From: Harriotta raleighana
Taxonomy: Eukaryota
Assembly: GCA_050575255.1 (NCBI GenBank)
Contig: JBNZDD010013726.1
Span: 3,547,245-3,611,244, forward strand
Length of the DNA: 64,000 nucleotides
Direction: 5' to 3'
This document shows, one piece after another, positions 14,301-26,300 of this stretch. Made by a program: the position numbers and the translations under genes. Numbering within the stretch: position 1 is the first letter of the stretch; each line of letters opens with the position of its first letter. A model generated the notes under the pieces. It ran no database searches, was not told the origin of the DNA, and was given only the letters and a program-made list of their open reading frames with translations.

Positions 14301-17300
14301 TACATCCCCTATTCCACCATTGGTGGCTGTGCTGCAGCAGCTACAGCCTCAACTTCTGGAACTCTCTTCCCTATCCTCCTGCATCAATCTTTGAATCCCA
14401 TCTGAAAACTATTTATTTGACTATGTCTATGGTCATCTCCCCTATGCTTAACAGAAAACAAAAGTTTCCGCTGATATGAATCAAGTGGTTAACAGGCAGA
14501 AAACAGAGATTAGGGATAAACAGAACCTTTTCAGATTGACAGGATGTGATTAGTGGAGTGCTGCAAGGATCAGTGCTTGGGCCTCAAATGTTTACAGCCT
14601 ACATCAATGACTTAGATGAGAAAATCGAGCTTCATGTATCCAAATTTGCGAATGATACAAAACTAGGTGGGAAAACAAGCTGTGAGGATGACCCAAGGAG
14701 AATGCAAAGGGATATAAACAAGTTAAGTGAGTGGGGAAGTGTGAAGTTTTCCATCTTGGTAGAAAAAACACAAAAGCAGATTATTTTCTGGAGAGGGAGA
14801 GACTAGGTAGTGTTTGTATTCAGAGGGATTTAGGTGTTCTTCTACACCAATCACAGAACGACAGTATACAGGTACAGCAAGTAATTGTAAAGATTAACAG
14901 CATATTAACATTCATTGCAAAGGGGTTGGAATATAAGAGTAGGGAAGTCTTGCTGCAACTGTATAGAGTCTTGGTGAGACCACACCTAGAATATTATTAT
15001 AATAATAATAATAATAATCCTTGCATTTGATATAGCGCTTTTCACATCTTATCAACGTCCCAAAGCGCTTCACAGAATATACTGTAAAGTGAATTGACTG
15101 TATATTTGTGGGCGGAACGCGGCAGCCAATTGCGCACAGCAGTGTCCCACAAACAGTCGTGGATTGAAATGACCAATTTTATTATTGTAGTTTTTTTTGG
15201 AGGGATTATTATTAGGCATGTGGAGTAAGGAAACTTGCCCAAGATTTCGCCCTGATCTGCCTGGATTCGAACACAGGTCTCATGCTTGTAAGGCATGTAA
15301 GGCGAGTGCTCTAACCACTGAGCCACAGGAGCTCCATTATATGCAGGGAGTGCACTGTAGATTCACTAGATTGGCTCCTGGGGTGAGAGGTTGGACCTAT
15401 GAAGAATGGTCAAGTAAACTAGGGCTATATTCTCTAGAATATAGAAGAATTATATATGATCTTGTAGAAACCTGGAAGATTCTTAAGGGCTTTGACAGGG
15501 TCGATGTTGTAAGACTGTTTCCTCTGGTTGGAGAATCTAAAACTAGGGGTGAGAGTCTCAGGAATAAAGGTCAGCCTTTTAAGACTGAGTTGAGAAAACA
15601 TTTCTTCACTCAGAGGGTAGTGAATTTATGGAATTCTCTACCCCAGAAGGCTGTGGATGCTCTGTCATTGAATACATTAAAGACTGAAATCGACAGTTTT
15701 TAAAAAAATTATGGGATATGGGGATAGGGCAGGTAAATGGAATTAGGATAGAGGATCAGACATGATCTTATCAAATGGCAGGTCAGGCTCGACAGGCCAA
15801 ATGGCCTACTCCTGCTCTTACTTGTTGTGTTCTTAAGTAGTGGGGAAGGTCTCAACATTTTAATTCCTTTGCAAATGTATCCATTTACTGAATTAACAAT
15901 ACTTCAAGAAATTATAACAGGGTTGTCCAAGAAATGTATTACCCCAAGCTAATTTTAGAATCAGACTAAATTACAGATTTACCCAAAAGTAGTCTCTTCA
16001 TGAATATTATATAAAAACACACATTTAAAATAGATTAAAAAGATAGAACTCTGATGCAATTGAATGTGGCTAGTTATTTTCTGAAATGACCAGNTCCTAT
16101 CGTCTCTGTGAATGTAGATAATTATAGTATACATGACATGCAGATGTGAGTATTATTTCTACTTTTTTAAAAAAAATCCGGGGTTCGTTTTCACAAAATG
16201 GTGTATAAAGAAACCTGCAGTGTATTTTCAGCTTGCTTTATTTCGCAATTGCGTGGAGCGCCACTCAGTGGCATTGAGTGAACATAAGTCAACCTAGTTT
16301 GCTTAAAGTGCACCACCTGTTGGCCACGAAAAGATATAGAAAGCTGGTGAAACAGGAGGAGGGAAAAAACATGTGTTGAATGGAGTGGGAGGTGGGGGTG
16401 AGAGGGGGAAAGATAACAAATTTACAGAAAGCGCATGTATACAGCTGCAAAAAATAGAATACACCGACCATTAACCCATATATTTTCTAAACTAAATGAA
16501 CAGAAAAATATCTGTAATCTCCATCTTTAGCTATGTAACTGTTTAACTAATATGGACTAAACTTGAACCAAGTGAAATAAATAAAGTAGGCCACAAATAT
16601 TAGCAGTGCAAACCACTTTTCTTCGCACACAGCTACTACTGAACAATGGTCAACTGTCTTTTTCAATAGAGCAATAAAAATTTAATTTCTTTCTCTTCAA
16701 ATACTTTTTCTATGTCTCAGAAGTCTAACCAACTACCAAATCCCTTACCATGGTTCATAACTATCCATCATTTTTCACTTCTCTCCTCTAATTTCAAATG
16801 TAATGTCCACATCTACTCCAATGTCTTGGGACTGTTTTTCAAGAACGTTGAGAGTTTTCACACTGTTTTTTTGATTTATGAGCTTGTATCTATGTTTGCT
16901 ATAGTTTTCTTAACAATCACCTCTTTATTGAAGCGCACATATTCTTACTTGAATATTGCTATATCTGGTTGACTCTTTAAGCACCAGTCTAGCATTCATA
17001 AACAGAATAAAAATTAAACTCTCTATTCTGTCTTTCTTTTTGATGATGCAATCTTCCAATTTAAATTACTATGGTAATTATTCTTCTGAGGTTCTCTTTT
17101 GTTCTCCCAAACTACTAGAAATTAAGATTTTACATCTCAGTGCCACCTGACCAGAAGCTTGGAAGTACACTAAAAGCCCGTTTATCCAGCACCCACAGAT
17201 AAACGGTTTTTAGGTTGAACTTTCTTTAAAAACAAATTACATATTATTTTAACACATACCATATTAATAATAGACTAAATTTTAAGATAATAACAATATT

Positions 17301-20300
17301 GTAAGGGTATTTTATTGTAAATGTTGTACACTGTTCCATACAAATATTAGACTAAATATACCAATAGCAGATTCTATAATAATAGAATATTGCATTAGTA
17401 TTTTATTATTTATACTTAACTTTGCAATGGCAGTCCCCACGGAGGAAAAAAAAATGGCAGGAGCGAGTTTAGACTCGACTAGCTGCCAGCCGAGTACCTG
17501 CACCAATAGTTGCGTACAAAAATCGATTCATTAAATGCGTCATCACTATGCTGCCGGATAACTTCCGGTTTATTGAATCGGGACTTTTATTTTGAGGTTC
17601 CGGTTCAACGGGGTTTCCGGTTCATCGAGTCATGCATAAATGGGGTTTTACTGTATAATAAAATGGCCAAGTCATTTAATCACAACAAATTTCATTTATA
17701 ATAGCAATCCTCACATACCGGGCACTGAAATACTAGATTAGCTTCAGTGTCAGTTGTTTCAAACACTTACAGCATCTCGGGCACTCAAGTACCTAAAGCC
17801 AGTGTTGATTGCAAAAGAGAGTTGCAGTGCTCGAGTAATGTGTACTTGCTGTGGATGCTCCAGTGACTGTCCCTATTTTTGATTCCGAGGATTGAGTTCT
17901 GGTCAGTGTTTCTCACAACACTTAAGGGGACATTGATACGAAGGCAATTGACAAAGAAAGGAAGCTCTAAGCGACATAGAAGTGAAGATGCAGAAAACTA
18001 CATGATCAATGAGTAAATCAAAATGTTATCAATCTAGAATTTCACAGTAACTTAATTTAGCTGAAACCACGCAGCAGCTTGGTTGGTTTCAAAGAGACTC
18101 TGCTTAACACTCCCCCAAACCCCAGGCCCAATGTTAGTTAAGGTAACTCACTGAATAATCACCTACTAAAGTGTTGTTTTTATACTAATTTTTGATTACA
18201 TATTGTACTAACTCTTGCAATGATATTATCAATTTAATCTACAAAAGATCACAATGATTAAGATGGGTCGGGCTCTGCAAAGCAACATCATCAATGAAAC
18301 ACGTATTGGCACTTTTGCAAATATTTTAGTGCACGCCACTTTTCCTCAATTTTTCCTGAAATAAATATGAATTGTTTTTGTTGCACCATGCTACAGACTT
18401 ACCTTGCAGAAGAGATAATGAGTTGCGAATCTTTGTATGCTATAAGATAACCCTGGTTTTCTGGATTATGAACAGTTACCTGAAGGAAAAAAGGAAAATC
18501 AATGCATTTGTAAATGGATTTGCTTGAGATTCCACACTCAATAGGCTAAGCATTCACTATAACTGTCCCAAGTAGGTCCTCATGAATGCTAGAAATTGCT
18601 ATCTAAGATACTTGAAACCTCAAGCAGCTGAAAGGCATGAAGAAGGTGGGAGAAACCTGCCAAGTGATTTTGGAAGTACAGTAAAAGCCCGTTTATCCGT
18701 GACTCGATGAACCAGAACTTCCGCATAATTGGCACATAAAAAAAAAAAGTCCCCATCCAATTAACCGGAAGTTATCCAGCAGAATAGAAGTGGGGCATTT
18801 AATGAATCGGTTGTCGCACAAGAGTATTGTACAGGTCTTTTGGCTTGCCGCGAGTAGTCTTAGAAGTCGCACTGCCACTTTTTTTCCTCCCGTGGCAGCC
18901 CCCATTGCAAAAGTCAAGTATAAATAATAAAGTACTAATACAATATTCTGTTATCACAGTATCTGTTATTACTGTATTTAGTCTATTGTTTATATGGTAC
19001 AATGTACAACATTTACAATAAAGTACCCATACAATATTCTGTTATCTGTTATTATTTTGTCTATTATTAATATGGTATGTGTTAAAATAAGTTTAAAAAA
19101 AAGTGTTGGGTTTGCGGTGTCAGATCCGACCGTTTAATCGACATTAGCCAGGTCCCGAGGGTGCTGGATAAATGGGCTTTTACTGTATATTATTCTCATC
19201 TATTGTTGCGGACCCAAAACTTTACTTAACTGAGACATTAAACTGAGGTCCTGGACCGATTGCATTAGCTTCTAGTCTTTCTACAATGTTACTTTCTGAC
19301 TGCCCAGAAGAGACATTCACCACTCTGTGGTACCTCCTCCTTCTCTTCAGGAATATGCTTTGATCCTACAATATGCCACTCCCAATAGTAAAAAGATATG
19401 TTTTGGAATTCAGGATTATGCTTCCTCCCCTCCATATTCTTACATATAGGTATCTCTGGTAATACTTACACTCTCCAACACCCGTAAACAGCGTTCTGCA
19501 CCCCATAATGATGCAACCAATTTATCATCTTCTTCATGCCGATCCAATTGTTCCACACATTCTTTCACTGTTCACACCAAAGGAAACAGATTATTTAGTA
19601 TACAGATATCCCCTGATTTACAACAGGGTTTCGTTCCCGAAAAACATCACGCAAAGCAAAATTAGAACGCGGTTTCCCATGCGGTCCCATCATATAACCT
19701 GAGATGTGTTCTTTTGACAAAAGTTTTGCACCTTAAACCCACTAAAATATCACACAAAAGACATAAAATAACACACATAGGCAAGATTTAGTATCTATAG
19801 TGATGACTCTGCGGGCTCCCTTACCGCAAACACAATATCGCCCTCAGTGATGGGAGGCTAATTTGGGTTGCAGCAAAAAAAAAGTTGTGACATGCTATTG
19901 GCCAGTTCAAACAGTTGGATAGAGTATACGACTGTGATTTTATCGCAAAACACACTATATACTGTGCATGCGCAAAAAAAGCGCAGTTTTTTTGTCGTTA
20001 AAATGAAATAAAATATTGTAAAAAGGGGTTTAAAAAAATTACATTTGTTAAATCCAAAGCATGTAAATAGCGACGTCGTAAATCAGGGGATGTCTGTACT
20101 TGTATTATTAAGATATGCAGTGAATTTTACTTAAATTGTTTTAAGTGCTATCAGCTCTTGCTATCATTTGAGATTTTGGCCACTTTTGATAAAAAATAAA
20201 TTTTAACATTTGCAAGACTTTCAAACAAGAGATTGTTAATTTTTCCTCGTTCACATGTGTAAAAAGGTATATTTACAGCAAAATAAAAGTGGCCCACAAA

Positions 20301-23300
20301 TACTTTACAATATATTCTATGAAGTGCTTTGAAAATATAAGGCACTATATCAAATACACGCAATATTATTATTAATAATCTACTATCTGTATTCAGATTA
20401 TTTTATTATCTAAATATTGTAAGGCAGCTGCATCTTTTAAAAAAAATTATGCAGTGTTTTCTATCAGCTAAAGATCAGGAGCTATTCTTCTTTCTTCCTA
20501 GCTAGCTGTAGAGCAGTGCTGACGATCACACAGTAGGCATAATAATAATCTTAGCATTTGATGTAGTGCTTTTTCATTTCTTCTAGTTGTCTCAGAGCAC
20601 TGCATCCAACATACTATAAAATGAGTTGACTGTATATTTGTGGGCGAAATACAGCAACCAATTTGCACAGCATGACCCATACCATCTGACATTCGACTAA
20701 ATTTTCCAATTGCTGAGGGAGGGGAAAGAGATTGAAAAGAATGTTGAAATTCAGAATACCTAATATAGTAAAACCTTGTTTATCCGGCACCCACGGGACC
20801 TGGCCAGTGGCGGTTAAACGTTTTTTGCGGTTGAACTGAGTTTTTTTCAAAATATTTTTTAAAAAAAACACATACCATATTAATAATAGACTAAATAATA
20901 ACAAAATATTGTATTAGTACTTTTATTTATATTTGACTTCGCAATCGCAGCCCTCACCCAACCTATTTTAGGTCAAATGGACCAAAGTAGCAACTTCTGT
21001 GTTCTAATAGCTTAGACAAGCATCACTATGTATGAGTTTCCATTAACAGATAAAAACGACCAAGGAAAAAAAAAACACGACTTTTAAAGGGAGCAGGAGC
21101 GATCTCTCTCTCCCTCTCTGTGTGGTCTCTCTCTCCCTCTGTGTGTGTTTATGTGTGTGTCTCTCTCCTAGGTGTGTGTCTCTCTCTATCTCTCTGTGTG
21201 TCTCTCTCTCTGTCTGTGTGTGTCTGTCTGTCTGTGTCTTTCTCTCTCCGTCGCTCTCCCCCTTTCTCTCTCTCTATGTGTCCGTGTCTCTCTGTCTCTC
21301 CGTGTCTGTATGTCTCCCTCGCTCTCTGTATCTGAGTGTGTGTCTCTCTCTCTCTGTGTCTCTATGTGTGTGTCTCTCTATCTGTGTGTCTCTCTATCTG
21401 TGTTTGTAAATGGCTGCTGCCCAGGGCTCTGAGCATCTCACCAGTTTAGACACGCCTAGTGGCCAACCGCGAGTACTGCACCCGCTTGCAGCAGTCCATT
21501 CATTAACTGCGTCATCACTATTTGCCGGATAACTTACGGTTAATCGAATCAGGACTTTTTTTTGAGGTGGTGTTTGAACGGGTTTTCTGGTTCATCGAGT
21601 TACTGTACAGAAAAACTTGTTTATCTGGTACCCAACCAACCGATGTGCTCAATCAACCAGTATTTCCCAATACAATTCGCCATTCTAACAACTGGATGTC
21701 ATAACCAGTGTAGCCATTCGGGACACTCGTGGTATGCTCACTTTGCGCATGCGCATTTATTAAATTAACCGAATGCTGGAATGCTTTTTTACCGATCATT
21801 TTACCGAGTGTGCTGGAATGTTTTATTGGTAAGTATCTAGACAATATTCTGTTGTTATTATATAGTCTATTATTAAAATGATATGTTTTAAAACAAGTAA
21901 ATTGTTTGTGTAGGATATTCAACAACTTGCCACTTGAATATCTGGCATATTTGATTAATCGGCACTGGTCAGGGTGCCGGATAACAAAGGTTTTACTGTA
22001 ATCGGTTAGATAGTGTCCTAACTCATTTACTGAGTAGGGAAGCAACATTTACCTTTATCCACAACGTGATCTAGTCCTCCTACGAGCCTCAGCTCCTCCT
22101 TAAACCAGTCCCCCGATCTCTTGGATGTGAGTGAAAGTAGAGTCTCCATAGCCAAGTGCCCAATCTGTGAAAACAAGATAGAGTTCTTAAAATTCTGATA
22201 CAAAAACAACCACGATAAAACCGAACACTGCTACCGCTAAACATTTGGACTGGCCCCAATCTTTGGAAGTCCCTGCCTCACCATCACCCCCACCCTCCCA
22301 TGGATTTTTAAATTCCACCCAAAGATCTACCTCCCCGACTGCGTTTACGGTCACCTACCTCTTGCCCTAGCTTACAGCCCCACCATTGTGCAACACCACT
22401 ATCGTTTATATAATGCAAAGGACATTATATAAAGGCAAATTCTTACTGTAAATAGTTAAACTGTCCATTTCTTAAATGACACACCTACTCACTTCATCAT
22501 GTTGCACTGGCCAGGGTTACTGAAGGGTTACTATAAATAAAATCACTTACTGATGCTCTGGCTATATCAGCTAATTATTATATTATTTGCTCTACAAACA
22601 CCCACGAATATATCTAATTTGTATAGTTAAGTAGCATCATATAGTGTATTTACAGAATTATTAACTAGTGGAAAAGGAAAACTTTCTGAAAATATGAAAT
22701 AGTTACGAATCAACTAAATAATTGCTGTGTCATGGAATTCTGGAATACATATCGTCACATACTGTGGTGATCCCAGATTGTGGGAGTGTGCTGAGATAAG
22801 GAAAATATAAGAGGCTTTTCTGAATAGCCTTCCGCTTGCCAAATCAGAACAGAACATTTTCTGTTATTCTGATGTTTAATTTGCGGCACATTGTAAACAA
22901 CTGGGCATACTCACATGATGTATACCAACAGCTAATTACAACTCTGGTACATCATGAGAATAAATATTTGAAAATCCTCCCACACAATATTTTTAAGGTT
23001 TATGGTTTTTAATATAATTAAATGTTTTGTCCTTTGCTTACTAACAGCAAATAACATTGCAGACAACAGCTTGGAACATAGGAATGACAGGACCAGAAAA
23101 GAACAGGACCACTGCAGTCAAACTGGCTGGTTCAAGAGTCTCCTTGCAACCAACTGACTTCTTTGGCAAATGACCATTACCATATCCATGGTGCATCAAG
23201 TTTAACATTCCATAACTTTTTACCCCAGGACACCTTGGCAGCCAATTTCTTATTCTCAATTGCAGCCCCACTGAACTCAACAAAAGTTGCTCTCAGAAGT

Positions 23301-26300
23301 CCCATTCCTCTGTAACTTAGTTAAAACATATACAACATTTTTTTAAAAAGGCATTACAAATTCAATCTTAAAATATTACATGCATCCTCCCATTACAGAA
23401 TCTTGCCCAATGAAAATCAAACAATTTTACTATCACTGTGACTTTTAACAATGCACTAGTCATAAATCTATTAATAATCCAATTTATCTTATTTCAAAAC
23501 ACCAAAAACTGTAACACCTGATCTCAATCTTCTGTAATTTATAACTGCCAAACATTGCATATACAGGGCTGAAATCCCAAGTATTATATAAAATAAATTC
23601 AGGAGAAAGGTTCGGAAATGTCCTTTAAAAATACTAAACATCCTCTTTAAATAATTCAGTCACAGAAAAGTAAAAGTTTTACCTTACGTGATTAGTGTAG
23701 CATTAAGGAATAACCTCATTAGCATAGAAGTAAGATAATGACAGGTATAAGCTTACAATCTAGCACATGTTCCCTTGGTGTCATACAAGCTCCTTCAGTC
23801 AGTACTGTTTACTTGATTATGCCTCCTATCATATGAACATGGGGATGGTAGAAAGGAGGTGGAATTGATAAATCTACCAAGCCTGGCACTATGTAATTAT
23901 AATGGAAAAATCTAAGCAAAAAACATTAAAGGCACATACTGTAAAAGCTGGCAAATTTATTAACAGGAAGAACCTTACATTTCTTCAATTGGCAAGCTGT
24001 CTTATAAGAATGGGGAGGGGGAGAAATATTAGGAATGGGGGGGGGGGGGGGGGGGGGANGGGGGGGGGGAGGAGAAATTAGAAACAGCATTCTTTTTCCA
24101 CACACCCAAGATATAAACGTCAGGGTAAAATCCTGCATCTCATTTAAGAAATGATAACAAAAATTAAACAACAACAAATTACATTTGTATAGCGCTGTTC
24201 ATGTCTATAGCTAAACATTGCTTAACTATTGGAGAAGTAGCCTTGGGAATATAAAGCATGCATCTCTAATTATTATAAATACTTGGCTGTCTGCCATTTT
24301 AAGTAGGCTACCATCAGTTAATGATATTGTAGAACCAATCAATCTCTTACTGTAATGTTCTCCAGATCTAGATGCCGGTTGTGAACAGTCTCACAGAGTT
24401 TGCGGATTTTCTCCTTGATCTTGTTCATTTCCTTCTCATTCAACTGACGTGAGCAGGGATCCTGCTCCATCTCCAGCAGTCGAATCATCAAGTCGAGACT
24501 GGCTCTATCCAGATCCATGTTCAGTCGATCCCGACTCAGGATATACATTAGTGCTGCTGTGCAAAGCGCTAGATTCTGATATAATAAATATATATGGCAG
24601 AAATCAAAGAATGGATTCATAAAGTGTACATTGGAAAGAGAATTCAATATCAAATTGTACACATTTCAATTAAATTTATGCTCAAATCTCAATACGGTTA
24701 TATTATACAAGATATTTTACAAGATCATNCAAGATCATAATTTACTGCTGACACAGATTGGTTGGACTCAATTGCGTTATATTTGTGATTCTATGCCTGG
24801 TTATTAGGACAGGTTTGTCCAACCCACTATAAATCTAAGGTATTGCAGCATGACAGAAGCAAGCAAAATTTTAATATATTCAGAAAAGACAAAAGAAATA
24901 GAAAAAATGGTAGCCTTATAATCAAAGAATGAACTTACATAAAGGATACTTGGGTCATTTATGGTAGTCATTATCGCACAAAAGGCAGTGTTAAGATACT
25001 TTCTAAATATGTATAATGAGAATGAGGGTACAAATTAATGACTCAAGAAAAAAGGGGAAGATATGAAACATAATTCAAGGAAGTTGAAGAAACAAACAGC
25101 TGTTATAAAGCTGAATCCACAAGAGAGGCTTTAATATATTTTTTTAAAACTACTGTTTCAGAGGAGGCAGCCAAGATCTTGCAAGAAGCATGGCAGCATT
25201 ATGCATTAAGAGTAATCATTTGAAAGCTACTTTTAATACAGTGGAATACCATGATTCTGCGCATCTATCAACGAACATGGATGCAGAAGTGAACTTGTGA
25301 CAACGAGTAATACTGTCCTGTTCCCCCCCAACCTACTCCCGTGTCCCCAAATCTAGTTGCCAGCATGCTCAAGAGATTATGATTGAGTTATGTAGCACAC
25401 CTGCGATTCAGTAATATTGAAGTGTTTATAGTGTTCAGCAATCTGTTATATGTACAGTCATGACAAAGAAGGGTGCATATAGTGTTTTTTTCCTCTCTAC
25501 CTATAAATAGAATACCTAGTGAGGCAGTACCACATGTTGAAAGTGCTGGATACTCAACAAGTTGTAGTTATGAGTTTCTTGATTGCAAATGATGATTGGT
25601 CTAAACACTTGTAGGTTTTAAATGTTGATACACTACATACTCATCTACGGAATGAAAGATGTACCTGAATCCTCTGTGCATCATCCAGTGTCTTGAAGAC
25701 CATGGCTACCATTCCATGAGCTCTCAGGTGCATTCGGAAACTGGGCATGGCACACTTGGTGGCCAGGCTGATAATACTAGAAGACATAATGAAAATAGCA
25801 TGAATTTGAATCAGCAAAAACAACATCTAGGAATCAAATCAGCTTAAGAAATTAGGAATAGATATAACATTGCAACACCTTCCATCAGTTCAGTAACTTG
25901 CATATAGTTTAGAACAAGATGTTTCTACTGGTAGCCTAAGGGCTGCATTCAGCCTGCAAACCAATTCCAAATTCATTGTCCGCCGATCAAATACAGTCCA
26001 CCAACATTTCTAAAGCCAATCAGCAAACTGTCACCAGGGCTCAATCTCTGCCTGGCAACTGTCCCACCATCAGAGGTCAGCTTTCAGCCACTATGTTCCA
26101 AAACACTAGCTCAATCCTCTGCCTTGCCCCATCTCTCCCCTTTTTAAGTCCAGCCCGAAAGCCTCCTCTTCGACCGTGTTTATGGGCACCACCCACAACC
26201 ACCACCCCTAGGCTCTGAGTCAGGGTCCACCAATGTCAAGTGCTCTGAGACACTACCTGGTATGGAGGGCGATATATAAGTGCAAGATGTTGTTGTGAAT

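Noticed and set aside
15255-15335. tRNA-like sequence with A and B boxes (also ~34150-34222 and ~57256-57310)
   Set aside because: These are SINE heads continuous with the SINE core and tail; no complete cloverleaf
17771-17872. Longer 102-nt version of the intron 12 exon
   Set aside because: Upstream AG is preceded by an A-run rather than a pyrimidine tract, and the frame hits a stop anyway
24037-24070. Long poly-G run as a G-quadruplex candidate
   Set aside because: Contains an N; length unreliable
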